From Candidatus Latescibacterota bacterium (GTDB lineage Bacteria > Latescibacterota > UBA2968 > GCA-2709665), in assembly GCA_963662665.2 (NCBI GenBank), contig CAXXJS010000049.1, positions 1 to 64,000 of the forward strand: a stretch of DNA of 64,000 nt, written 5' to 3'. Positions 37,443 to 46,917 of this stretch are shown here, piece by piece; the stretch's first letter is position 1; each line of letters starts with the position of its first letter. The position numbers and the translations under genes were made by a program. The notes beneath the pieces were generated by a model. That model did not search any database and was not told where the DNA came from. It worked only from the letters and a program-made list of their open reading frames with translations.

Positions 37443-39476
37443 TTAGAGCTTCCGATAGTCGATGGAACCCGACTCCGAAACAAACGGACGCCCTCCAACT
37501 TCCAGTACGGAGCCGGCGGCGAGCAGGCCGGTGTCGACCTCGTCATCGACGGTTCGGACGTGCGCGAACTCTGCATCCGTCTGAATGTCGTTGAAAGTGA
37601 CCGTATTGCCGGGTCCCGCGGTAAGTACGGTGTCGGCCGCGTTGCCCTGACCAATCCGAATGGCACAGCCAGCGGCGTTTCCGGCGGCGTCGATTTCGGG
37701 CGGGGACGTGTCCTTCCGGTAGGGGACTAATGCCACGATACAGAACAGCGGACTCCAGAACCAATCGTAGCGCAGCCGCGGATGGTCGTGGAAGACCTCT
37801 TCGCGCCAGCGGCCCGGCCAGGGTGTCGCGATCTGGACGTCGCACCGGTTTTCACGCCTGCATCCGGTAATAGTGACCCTGTCCCGTCCACAGTCCAGCC
37901 GATTGTCGGCGGCCGTATGCAACAGCCACGACAGCATCGGCCGGTCGTGCATTTCGAAATCGAGGCGGTCGACGATAATCACGGCGGCGGGCGCGCCGCG
38001 TACATCCGGCAGGCAGAGCGTCCGCCGGACGAACCGTTGCGCGCTGACGTAACTTTCTCCCGCCTCGGACTCGATGTAGGGGAAGTCCCCCTGGATGTCC
38101 GCGCATACGATGCCGTCGTTGCCAGCCGGGCCGCGGCGTTGCATCTCGCCCATCACCAGCGGCAGATTGTGGGCTTCACCCAGCGCGCCAAGGCGCAGCA
38201 CTTCGGTGGTGTCGGAAAGCCGCTCGAGGGCGTATCCCGAATCGCAGGCGAAAGTTTCTCCGAGGGCGTGCAGCGCGAAGTGGTTGCGATCGGCCTGCCG
38301 GTGTCCGCCCGCGGGGAAAACGTCGCACAGAAACGAAAGGAGGAAGTCTTCGGGCCGCCACCCGGATCGGACGTCCACCAGCCCCCGGTTGCGAAAGTGC
38401 TTGACCCCCGGCATGTCCGGACGATCCGGCGAAACGGGCTCTACCGAGGGGTCGAAGTACAGCAGATAACGGGTGACGGTATCGCTCCAACCGTCGGCTG
38501 GCAGATGCCAGGTTTCGCCGCCGGCCGGCGGCTTATCGATGGTCTGCCAGAGCCATTGGGCGAGACCGCTGTTCTGTTGAGAAGCCAGAAGGGAAAGCCA
38601 TTCGATGTGGAACCCGTCGTTGCAGTCGTTCAGCGGATTGGGCCGCCCCGTCGCGGGGATGAGTTCATACGCCAGACCCTCCGCGATGCGTTCCCATCCG
38701 GCGTGGCTCGTGAGTTCCCGGTCTCCGCAGACGGACAGCGCCAGGGCGAACGGCGCCAGGTAGTGTAACGTGGCGCTGCCGTAGGCCGGTCCTTCGTAGA
38801 ATGCGCCGTCGCCGTCGTGACCCTTTTCGAGGAAGAGCAGGCAACGATTTTTTGAAAGGGTCAAAGCGTTTTTGAACCGGGACTCGTCCAGCACGCCGTA
38901 GCTGCGGAGTACGAGTCCGAGCAGGCCCAGGCCGATGAGTCCGATGGCGGCCATGTTCCAGTCGGGGCGGGTCTCCTCCGGGTCCGGCGGGTTATCGAGC
39001 GTGAAGTCGATGAACGGCAGGCAATAGGTACCGATTTCCACGCGTTCCGCGTCTGTCAGCTCGTGCCGCAACAGGTCCAGTCCGATGGCCAGAACCATGG
39101 AACTTGCGCCGGCGTCCAGGCAATTGTCCCGCCAGGTGCTGTACGGACGCCCGTAGTTCGTGCCTCCGCAGTTCTCCACGATGCGGTGTTTCACAATCGT
39201 CCGGAGGATGTTGCAGGCCTCCGCAGCGTATTTCCCGTCGAGGAGAATGCCGCCCACGGCAAGGGTTTCTATCGACTTGGGAAGCAGACGGCCGCCGGGT
39301 CTGGTCAGCCAGAAGTCCGCACGGCGTTCGTTATAGTCGATGTATGTGGGCGATGCCGCATCGAGATGGCCTTCGCAGGCCTTCCGGAGGTTGCCTTTCA
39401 GCGAGGCGACGATCGGACTGGCGTCAGCCCGGCGATTGGTGAGAATGCCTCGAAAAAGAGAATCAGGGATATTCAT
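37443..39476 (-). CDS. Heparinase II/III-like family protein
   Basis: Helical N-terminal region with WN..., DGAFYEGPAYG, NDC, RSGW, GGHRQADRNHF, AHN. Confidence 0.8.
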   Translation of the reverse strand: MNIPDSLFRGILTNRRADASPIVASLKGNLRKACEGHLDAASPTYIDYNERRADFWLTRPGGRLLPKSIETLAVGGILLDGKYAAEACNILRTIVKHRIVENCGGTNYGRPYSTWRDNCLDAGASSMVLAIGLDLLRHELTDAERVEIGTYCLPFIDFTLDNPPDPEETRPDWNMAAIGLIGLGLLGLVLRSYGVLDESRFKNALTLSKNRCLLFLEKGHDGDGAFYEGPAYGSATLHYLAPFALALSVCGDRELTSHAGWERIAEGLAYELIPATGRPNPLNDCNDGFHIEWLSLLASQQNSGLAQWLWQTIDKPPAGGETWHLPADGWSDTVTRYLLYFDPSVEPVSPDRPDMPGVKHFRNRGLVDVRSGWRPEDFLLSFLCDVFPAGGHRQADRNHFALHALGETFACDSGYALERLSDTTEVLRLGALGEAHNLPLVMGEMQRRGPAGNDGIVCADIQGDFPYIESEAGESYVSAQRFVRRTLCLPDVRGAPAAVIIVDRLDFEMHDRPMLSWLLHTAADNRLDCGRDRVTITGCRRENRCDVQIATPWPGRWREEVFHDHPRLRYDWFWSPLFCIVALVPYRKDTSPPEIDAAGNAAGCAIRIGQGNAADTVLTAGPGNTVTFNDIQTDAEFAHVRTVDDEVDTGLLAAGSVLEVGGRPFVSESGSIDYRKL

Positions 39477-39560
39477 GGAAGAATTCCTTCCGGGTTCGTG
39501 CGTTGTCGATCGCAAGAGACTCCGTTCGACTGTTCCGTCGGAGGACCGGTTGAGGCGGGA

Positions 39561-40325
39561 TCAGGTCGTTTCCATACCCGGCGGCATGAAGATCTCCCGC
39601 CGCCTTCCGTCGCTGTAACCCTCCACGTCGGAAAGCACCACGCCGGGGCTGGCCAGCGTCGCCCTGACGATCTGCCGGTTGAAGGTATGGACGTAGTCCG
39701 ACGTCAGATATTCTTCAACGGGCATCCACAGACACTCTTCGATTTCTTCGGGCTGAAGGACGATTTCGTAAGAGAGCGGTTTGAGGCGGCAGACGAAGTA
39801 AATGTCGGATTTGTCGTGGCGGTAGCCGTGCCAGTGTCGGAAACACACCATCGCTTCAAATGACGTTTGAACTCCCGTTTCTTCCCGGATCTCCCGGACG
39901 ACGGCCTCGGCCAGATGTTCGCCGGGGTGCAGCGCGCCGCCCGGCAGCTTATAGTAGGGCCTGCTGCTTCCCCGGTGTTTTTCGCAAACAACCAGGATCT
40001 CTTCGTTTTCGCTGATCACCACTCCGCCCGCGCCTATATAGTGGGTGGCATATCCCGGGATAAACGCGTTTTCAACCAGCGGCAGGGTCATCATAAGGTA
40101 GGTATCGCCGCTGTGGTGAAATGTGAAACCTGCCTGTACGGCGACGGGTATGAATTCCGATTTCCCTATAGGAACCTCCAGCCACGCGAGCTGGTAGCCT
40201 CCCTCCGTCCAGATCTCCAGGGACATGGAGAGGCGATGGCTGAACGTTTCCACGTCTGAGGGAAGGCTTTCGTGGCTGATGACAATGCCGTTGAAGGCAT
40301 TGGTGGTATGTTCGAGGACTTCCAT
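39561..40325 (-). CDS. Nudix hydrolase, NUDT6-like long form
   Basis: Nudix box GGALHPGEHLAEAVVREIREETG; N-terminal W...GFTFHH...PGYATHYIGAG domain. Confidence 0.88.
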   Translation of the reverse strand: MEVLEHTTNAFNGIVISHESLPSDVETFSHRLSMSLEIWTEGGYQLAWLEVPIGKSEFIPVAVQAGFTFHHSGDTYLMMTLPLVENAFIPGYATHYIGAGGVVISENEEILVVCEKHRGSSRPYYKLPGGALHPGEHLAEAVVREIREETGVQTSFEAMVCFRHWHGYRHDKSDIYFVCRLKPLSYEIVLQPEEIEECLWMPVEEYLTSDYVHTFNRQIVRATLASPGVVLSDVEGYSDGRRREIFMPPGMETT

Positions 40326-40417
40326 ATCGGGATCCCCCGGTTCCTTGTCGGCGCGGACCTGAATGTAAACAGCCCGTGGCCGGTTCACAAGTGGTTTTGA
40401 TACGGCGAGGTTTTGCC

Positions 40418-40446
40418 TTGACAGGGTGTAGGCCGCGGTTGATATT
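40418..40446 (+). promoter_or_regulatory. Possible sigma70 promoter
   Basis: TTGACA, 17 bp, GATATT in the divergent intergenic region. Confidence 0.4.
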
Positions 40447-40536
40447 GACGGTCCTTTTTGGGTTTTCGAATGCGGGATTGTGTTCGCTCTTATATGTTAT
40501 GTACGGTGTGCCGGATCAGAGGCCAGGAGGTGGTGG

Positions 40537-41736
40537 ATGAGCAGTGTTTATGAACGACTGGGTATTGGTACCATAATCAATGCTTCCGGGCCGTCGACCC
40601 GGTTGAGCGGGTCGATCCTGCCGGTGGAGGTGGCGCAGGCCATGGCGGACGCCTCTCAACATTGCGTGGATATCGCCGAGTTGCAGGCGTGGGCGGGCCG
40701 GGCCATTGCCGACGTCACGGGCGCCGAGTCCGGGTACGTCACGTCGGGTGCCGCGGCGGGCATCATGCTGGGCGTGGCGGCGTGCGTGACCGGGCTGGAC
40801 CCGGGCAGGATGAACCGGCTGCCGGATACTCAGGGAATGAAGGACGAGGTGATTATTCCGCGAAGCCATCGGAATTTTTATGACCACGCCATCCGTGCGG
40901 TTGGCGTAAATCTCGTGGAGGTGGGGATTTCCGACAGGTACAGCGGCGCCGGGGTCCGGGATACGGAAGCGTGGGAGATTGCCGATGCGATTACCGACCG
41001 GACCGCGGCGGTCGCATATGTGATGAATGCGCGGGCGCGTCCGGATCTGACGGACGTTGTGAAAGCAGCCCACGAGCGCGGTGTGCCGGTTGTGGTGGAC
41101 GCCGCCGGGCAGCTTCCGCCCCAGTCGAACCTCCGGCGTTTTGTCGAAGCCGGAGCGGACGTGGTCTGTTTCAGCGGGGGAAAGACCATCCGAGGGCCGC
41201 AGAGTTCGGGGATTCTATGCGGCCGGCGAGATCTTGTATCGGCCGTTGCGCTTCAGCACCTGGACCAGGATGTGTTTCACGATCTCTGGAATCCGCCGCC
41301 TTCGCTGATCGACAAAGATCGGCTGCCGGGCGCGCCGCAGCACGGGCTTGGCCGGCCCTGCAAGGTAGGAAAGGAAGAGATCGTGGGCCTGATCACGGCG
41401 CTCAGGTTGTTTGTTGCCGAGGGGGACGAGGCGCGTCACGCCCGATGGGCGGCAGCGATTGAGAGCCTGGCCGAAGTCGTGAAGGGTTTACCGAACGTCC
41501 GCGTAACAACCAGCATCGACGCCGGCAGACCCATTCCCGGTTTGAACATTCAGATCGACGAGGCGGCCGCGGGCATCACGGGACTGGAACTCGCGCGGCG
41601 CCTCATCGGAGGGCAGCCCAGCATACACTGCAATACGGCGGAGGTGTATGAAGGCGTGCTGGGGTTCGGTCCCATGTGTCTGCGGGAAGGGGACGTGGAG
41701 GCGATTGGCAAGAGACTGGGTGAACTATTGGCTTGA
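40537..41736 (+). CDS. SelA-like/DgaE-family PLP-dependent enzyme
   Basis: IINASGPSTRLSGS, TSGAAAG, VDAAGQ, FSGGKTIRGPQSSG, GRPCKVGKEEI; AGGAGG RBS. Confidence 0.85.
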   Translation: MSSVYERLGIGTIINASGPSTRLSGSILPVEVAQAMADASQHCVDIAELQAWAGRAIADVTGAESGYVTSGAAAGIMLGVAACVTGLDPGRMNRLPDTQGMKDEVIIPRSHRNFYDHAIRAVGVNLVEVGISDRYSGAGVRDTEAWEIADAITDRTAAVAYVMNARARPDLTDVVKAAHERGVPVVVDAAGQLPPQSNLRRFVEAGADVVCFSGGKTIRGPQSSGILCGRRDLVSAVALQHLDQDVFHDLWNPPPSLIDKDRLPGAPQHGLGRPCKVGKEEIVGLITALRLFVAEGDEARHARWAAAIESLAEVVKGLPNVRVTTSIDAGRPIPGLNIQIDEAAAGITGLELARRLIGGQPSIHCNTAEVYEGVLGFGPMCLREGDVEAIGKRLGELLA

Positions 41737-41923
41737 AAGAAGAAAGGACAGGCAGACAGACAGGCGCGGAATCAGAGAATGGTCCCCGGGCCTGACGCCC
41801 GAGGATGAACGCCGGCCGGCACGGATCCGGCGCGACAACATCGGCCGCGGCCGGCTTGGCCAACGTTGCAGACCGGGTAGCCGGGGCATTGGCAGAAACA
41901 GAAAAATATCCGGAGATTCATCT

Positions 41924-43270
41924 ATGAACCTGGATTGGAATGCAGCGGGACGGGAGGCGGTGGACTGGCATTGCAGGTTGCTTCGATTCGACACCACGAA
42001 TCCCCCGGGGAACGAATTGCCTTTGGTGCGGGACATTGCCGGGGCGCTGACCGGAGAGGGGCTTTCCCCCGGCATCCTGGAATCGGCGCCCGGACGCGGA
42101 AATCTGGTCGTGCGTCTCAAGGGCGACGGGTCCGAACGCCCCGTACTGCTGCTGTCGCATTTAGATGTGGTTCCGGCGGAGCCTGCGAAATGGACGCGCG
42201 ACCCGTTCGGCGGTGAGGTGGACGCGGGGTACGTGTGGGGACGCGGGGCGATCGACTCCAAGCTGACGACGGCCGTCGGTCTACAGGTCGTGTTGTTGTG
42301 CAAGCGGCTGAATCTGCCACTGACGCGCGACCTTGTCCTGGTGGCCGCCGCGGACGAGGAACTCGGGGGGGTGCATGGGGTGCGGTGGCTTGCGGCCAAT
42401 CATCCGGAGGTGTTCGACGCGGAATATGGGATCAACGAGGGTGGAGGCTTCGCGTTACTGATCGACGGTCGTCCGGTCTACACGTGTCAGGTGGCCGAAA
42501 AGGGTAGTGCCGAGCTGAACCTGGTCGCGCGTGGACAACCCGGGCACAGTTCCGTTCCCCATAGCGACAATTCGGTCTTTCATCTGGGAGGGGCCCTGGA
42601 GCGACTGAGCCGCGTGAAGATGCCTCATCGGATTACGCCCGGCGTGCGGGCGTTCTTCGAGGGCGCTGCCGCCGCGCAGGTCAGGGACGAAGTGGCGGAT
42701 CTGCTGCTCGGGGTACTGGATCCGGATCGCTGCGATGCCTCGCTGAAGGCCATGCCCGTTGACGAGCCGACCCGGAAGATGTTCGACGCGATGGTGCGCA
42801 ATACGTGCGCGCCCACCATGCTCGAGGCCGGCGTGAAGCGCAACGTGATCCCTTCGGAAGCCGTGGCTCGGCTCAGCGGCAGACCTTTACCCGGGGTGGG
42901 TGAAGACGGGTTCGTGGGGGAAGTTCGCGCTTTGGCTGGCGACGGCGTCGCTTTCGAAATGGAAAAGACCTTCAGGCCGGGTACGGAGTTCGACCATCGG
43001 ACACCGTTGTTCGACGTGGTCCGGGCGGCGATCGCCCGGTTCGATCCGGATGGGGCCGTGGTCCCGTACATGCAGACGGGTGGCACGGATGCGCGGTTCC
43101 TGGGGGACCGCGACATCCACATCTATGGATTCCTGCCTATGCGGTACGAAGAGGGCGAGGCGTACTTCGACTTGTGCCATGGGCACGACGAACGGGTGTC
43201 CTTGGCGAATGTAAAGTTCGGCGTTCAAGTCCTGTTCGACGTCGTGTGCCGGTTGAACGGAATCGCATAG
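41924..43270 (+). CDS. M20/M25/M40 family metallo-hydrolase
   Basis: DTTNPPGNE, LSHLDVVP, WGRGAID, ADEELGG, HGHDER. Confidence 0.92.
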   Translation: MNLDWNAAGREAVDWHCRLLRFDTTNPPGNELPLVRDIAGALTGEGLSPGILESAPGRGNLVVRLKGDGSERPVLLLSHLDVVPAEPAKWTRDPFGGEVDAGYVWGRGAIDSKLTTAVGLQVVLLCKRLNLPLTRDLVLVAAADEELGGVHGVRWLAANHPEVFDAEYGINEGGGFALLIDGRPVYTCQVAEKGSAELNLVARGQPGHSSVPHSDNSVFHLGGALERLSRVKMPHRITPGVRAFFEGAAAAQVRDEVADLLLGVLDPDRCDASLKAMPVDEPTRKMFDAMVRNTCAPTMLEAGVKRNVIPSEAVARLSGRPLPGVGEDGFVGEVRALAGDGVAFEMEKTFRPGTEFDHRTPLFDVVRAAIARFDPDGAVVPYMQTGGTDARFLGDRDIHIYGFLPMRYEEGEAYFDLCHGHDERVSLANVKFGVQVLFDVVCRLNGIA

Positions 43271-43276
43271 CGCCCT

Positions 43277-43440
43277 AGTGTTCTGTCCCGGAAATAAGTT
43301 GCCTGAATTCGGCCGCAGAGTCGCCCGGCTCGGAAGGCGCCAGAGCGCAGGCGACCTGGCATGGTCGGCGAGCGATGGCAACGCAGCGAGACGGGATGAA
43401 TCTGCGGAAGAATGGTAAGGTATTTATGGGACAGGACACT
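43277..43440. mobile_element. MITE-like element, 164 bp, 20-bp terminal inverted repeats
   Basis: agtgttctgtcccggaaata ... tatttatgggacaggacact (17/20 match); related short copy at 54327-54399. Confidence 0.75.
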
Positions 43441-44332
43441 GTTCCAGAACGTGTCGAAGCGCGCCCTCAAGACCGGGATGTTGAAAGTCGTATCCGGATT
43501 CCTGCAGCCGGGCGGGATCTACGCGGGTACTCGACAGCAGCAGAGCATCCGCCATTTCCCCGAAAGCCAGCCTGGCGGCGAAGCCAGGCATGGGGAAGAG
43601 CGTTGGACGGAAAAGGACACCCCCCAGTGTCTTGGTGAATTCCCGGTTTGTCGCCGGCGCCGGCGACACCGCATTGACGGGGCCCTCCAGCGTTTCCGTT
43701 TTGAGCGCGTGGGCGATGATTCCCGCCAGATCGCTCAGAGAGACCCAGCTCATATACTGATCTCCGCTGCCGATCACGCCTCCAACGCCCATCTTGAACG
43801 GGAACAGCATTTTGGCCAGCGCGCCGCCGTCTGCACTGAGCACGATGCCGATTCGCAGGTAAACAGTACGCACGCCCGCGTCAGCCGCAGGGCGCGCGGC
43901 ACTCTCCCAGGCAATGCATGTCTCCGCGAGGAAGTCGGCGCCAGGAGGGCTTTCCTCGTTGAGGACTTCGTCGCCGCGGTTGCCATAGTATCCGATCGCC
44001 GACGCGGAGATCAGAACACCGGGAGGCGTCTGCAAATCGGCAAGGCCCTGTGCCAGAAGCCGGGTACCATCTTCACGACTGCCGCGGATTCGATTTTTCT
44101 TTGCTTCGTTCCACCTGCCCGACGCGATATTCTCGCCGGCCAGGTGGACGACGGCCTGAATACCCTCCAGTTCGGCGGCGGCAAGTTCTCCCGTTTCCGG
44201 GTCCCACCGTCGTTCCAGGTCACCTTTCGGGCTCGCGCGAACGAGCCTCAATACACGGTGGCCGCTGGATTCGAGATGCGGTATGAGGGCCGAGCCGACG
44301 AGTCCGGATGAACCCGTTACGAGAACATTCAT
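43424..44332 (-). CDS. TIGR01777 family NAD-dependent epimerase-like oxidoreductase
   Basis: VTGSSGLVG, HLAGENI, SASAIGYYG, LRIGIVLS, GSGDQYMSW. Confidence 0.92.
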   Translation of the reverse strand: MNVLVTGSSGLVGSALIPHLESSGHRVLRLVRASPKGDLERRWDPETGELAAAELEGIQAVVHLAGENIASGRWNEAKKNRIRGSREDGTRLLAQGLADLQTPPGVLISASAIGYYGNRGDEVLNEESPPGADFLAETCIAWESAARPAADAGVRTVYLRIGIVLSADGGALAKMLFPFKMGVGGVIGSGDQYMSWVSLSDLAGIIAHALKTETLEGPVNAVSPAPATNREFTKTLGGVLFRPTLFPMPGFAARLAFGEMADALLLSSTRVDPARLQESGYDFQHPGLEGALRHVLEQCPVP

Positions 44333-44350
44333 GGGTTGCCTCCTTGTCTG

Positions 44351-44764
44351 TTACAGCCGGTAGAGCATCAGGTAGATGATAACGCCACTGACGCACACGA
44401 ACATCCAGACAGGCCACACCCAGCGGGCGAGGCGTCTGTGGGACTGAAAGTTCCCGCGCAGGGCCAGCCATACGACTGCAAGGGCAAAAGGCGCATTCAC
44501 GGCGGCCAGGACGACGTGCGGGATCAGGATGGCGAAATAGACGCTGCGGGTCCAGTCGTGGTAAGGGTAGGGTACCGACCCGATCCGGACGTGATAAACG
44601 AGATACGACGTGAGAAAGAGGGCCGAGAAGGCGAGGGCGCAGAGCATCATGCGCCTGTGTTGCCGGATGTTGCCGCGCCTGATTTGCAGATAGCCCAGCA
44701 GGAGAAAGCAGGCACTGATCGAATTGAACATTGCATTAAGGGCTGGCAGGTCGCTGACGGCCAT
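44351..44764 (-). CDS. DUF420 family membrane protein
   Basis: LPALNAMFN, HRRMM, FLTSYLVYH, HRRLARW, VSGVIIY; start inferred. Confidence 0.85.
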   Translation of the reverse strand: MAVSDLPALNAMFNSISACFLLLGYLQIRRGNIRQHRRMMLCALAFSALFLTSYLVYHVRIGSVPYPYHDWTRSVYFAILIPHVVLAAVNAPFALAVVWLALRGNFQSHRRLARWVWPVWMFVCVSGVIIYLMLYRL

Positions 44765-44955
44765 CCGAACCTCATTTCGCGTGGATCGGGCTCCGAACTG
44801 AAGTGTACTCATTTTTAAAGGCTTTGGCAACCGCATGGGATTCCAGCCGGCCGGGGATCCGGACACTGCCGAACCGGTTGACACAGAGTTGAATTTCTAC
44901 TTTTTTCGTATTCTGAGATTATCTTTAAGACGTTATAAAACAGGAGGAAAGTGGG

Positions 44956-45159
44956 ATGTCTGCAACGGGCGGACAGTGGATGACACCCGGAGAAATCGAG
45001 CAGGCTCTGGGGCGCAGAAAATCCAGGGAGGTATTTGAAGACCTGATATATGACCGGCGCACCAGGCGGGAGATACTTGATCTACTGATAGAAGCCACAG
45101 CCTGCAACGAATTTTCGGCGGAAGACTTCCTCCGGGAAATTGTGAAGACAAAGCAGTGA
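44956..45159 (+). CDS. Small hypothetical protein (67 aa)
   Basis: AGGAGG RBS upstream; globular charged composition; first in a co-directional run with nadB and guaA. Confidence 0.65.
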   Translation: MSATGGQWMTPGEIEQALGRRKSREVFEDLIYDRRTRREILDLLIEATACNEFSAEDFLREIVKTKQ

Positions 45160-45207
45160 AACGTCCCGCCGTCGGGGCGCCTGCACCACGAGAGGGGTAG
45201 ACCGATC

Positions 45208-46863
45208 ATGTCCGACGTCTGGGAAACCGACTATCTGGTCATCGGCAGCGGAATCGCAGGTCTGTCCTTTGCGCTCAGGGCAGCAGAGTCCGCCTCCGTC
45301 ACCGTGATTACCAAGAAGGAGTCCCAGGAGTCGAATACCAACTATGCCCAGGGCGGCATTGCCGCCGTCTTCGATTCGGACGACTCCTTCGGCCAACATG
45401 CGGAGGACACGCTCTCCGCCGGGGCCGGGCTCTGCGGCCGGGATGTGGTGGACCTCGTGATTGGACAGGGTCCGCGGATGGTCCGGGAACTGATGGCCTG
45501 GGGCGCCGCGTTTACCAGGGAGCGGGACGGCCGCCGCCTGGCGCTAGGGAGGGAAGGAGGGCATACCAGAAACCGGATTGTCCACGCGGCGGATCTCACA
45601 GGAAAGGAAATCGAAAGGGCGCTTACGGAGGCGATAGAATCCCATCCCGCCATAACGCGGTTCGAACACCATATGGCCGTCGACCTGATTACGGAACACC
45701 ATCTTTTCGGCGCCAAGACGGAACCGCAGGGACGGATCCATTGCTGGGGAGCATACGTTCTGGATGCCGCTTCGGGCCGGGTCCGGCGATTTCTGGCCCG
45801 GGTAACGCTTCTGTGTTCCGGCGGGGCCGGGCAAATCTACACACACACGACCAACCCGGGCATCGCCACCGGCGACGGGATCGCCATGGCCTACCGGGCG
45901 GGGGCGCCAATAGCCAATCTGGAGTTTATGCAGTTTCACCCTACCACGCTCTACCATGCGGAGGGAGACTCATTTCTGATTTCCGAGGCGGTACGCGGCC
46001 ACGGGGGCGTCCTGATCGATCGGAACGGACATCCGTTCATGGACGCATATCACCGTATGGGAGCGCTCGCGCCGCGTGACATCGTCGCCAGAGCGATCGA
46101 CAGCGAACTGAAGAAGAGCGGCGCACCCTGCGTATATCTCGACGTCACCCACGTGCCCGCCTCCGAGATTCAGGAGCGTTTCCCCGGCATCCACCGGCGG
46201 TGCCTCGAGCTCAAAATCGATATCACCCGACAGCCCATCCCGGTTGTGCCCGCCGCTCACTACATGTGTGGAGGCGTGTCGACGGACCTGTGGGGCCGCA
46301 CGGAAATCGAAGGGCTCTATGCCTCCGGGGAGGTGGCGCACACGGGCCTGCACGGCGCGAATCGTCTGGCGAGCAATTCACTTCTCGAAGCACTCGTGTT
46401 TTCGGACCGCGTCCATCAGCACGCGTCCCGGCGCCTGGACATAGCAGCCGGGTTTCCCGACGTGCCGGACTGGCGGGAAGACGACGTGTTCAACACCGAA
46501 GAGTGGGTACTGCTGGCCCACGACCGGGTGGAGGTTCAGCGGTTGATGTGGGACTATGTCGGCATCGTGCGTTCCGACTTCCGGCTCAAACGCGCGGCGA
46601 GGCGAATTGGCGTCATTGCCCGGGAGGTCGAGGAGTTTTACAAGCGGACCAGGGTTACTGAAGCGCTCCTTGAGTTGAGAAATATCACGACGGTGGCCGC
46701 GCTCGCGGTTCGATGCGCACTGAAACGGCGCGAGAGCCGGGGGCTCCATTATAACGTGGACTGCCCCGAGGACGGCTCGGCTGCCGGGGAGGATACGGTC
46801 CTGTCGGTCCGCGAGACCTGGCAATCATCCGAAGTTGACTGGCAGGCGGCCCTGGAAATCTAA
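45208..46863 (+). CDS. nadB: L-aspartate oxidase
   Basis: IGSGIAGL, NTNYAQGGIA, REGGH, QFHPT, LISEAVRG, GLHGANRLASNSLLE, ESRGLH. Confidence 0.95.
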   Translation: MSDVWETDYLVIGSGIAGLSFALRAAESASVTVITKKESQESNTNYAQGGIAAVFDSDDSFGQHAEDTLSAGAGLCGRDVVDLVIGQGPRMVRELMAWGAAFTRERDGRRLALGREGGHTRNRIVHAADLTGKEIERALTEAIESHPAITRFEHHMAVDLITEHHLFGAKTEPQGRIHCWGAYVLDAASGRVRRFLARVTLLCSGGAGQIYTHTTNPGIATGDGIAMAYRAGAPIANLEFMQFHPTTLYHAEGDSFLISEAVRGHGGVLIDRNGHPFMDAYHRMGALAPRDIVARAIDSELKKSGAPCVYLDVTHVPASEIQERFPGIHRRCLELKIDITRQPIPVVPAAHYMCGGVSTDLWGRTEIEGLYASGEVAHTGLHGANRLASNSLLEALVFSDRVHQHASRRLDIAAGFPDVPDWREDDVFNTEEWVLLAHDRVEVQRLMWDYVGIVRSDFRLKRAARRIGVIAREVEEFYKRTRVTEALLELRNITTVAALAVRCALKRRESRGLHYNVDCPEDGSAAGEDTVLSVRETWQSSEVDWQAALEI

Positions 46864-46917
46864 GTTGATGTTTCAGGATACCTGATGGATCCCGAGCGCG
46901 AGCCCGGGGGAGCTTAT

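Noticed and set aside
35732-41736. Selenium-utilisation cluster (SBP56 near SelA-like gene)
   Set aside because: The genes are on opposite strands with unrelated genes between them; no selB/selC/selD and no in-frame UGA candidates were seen.
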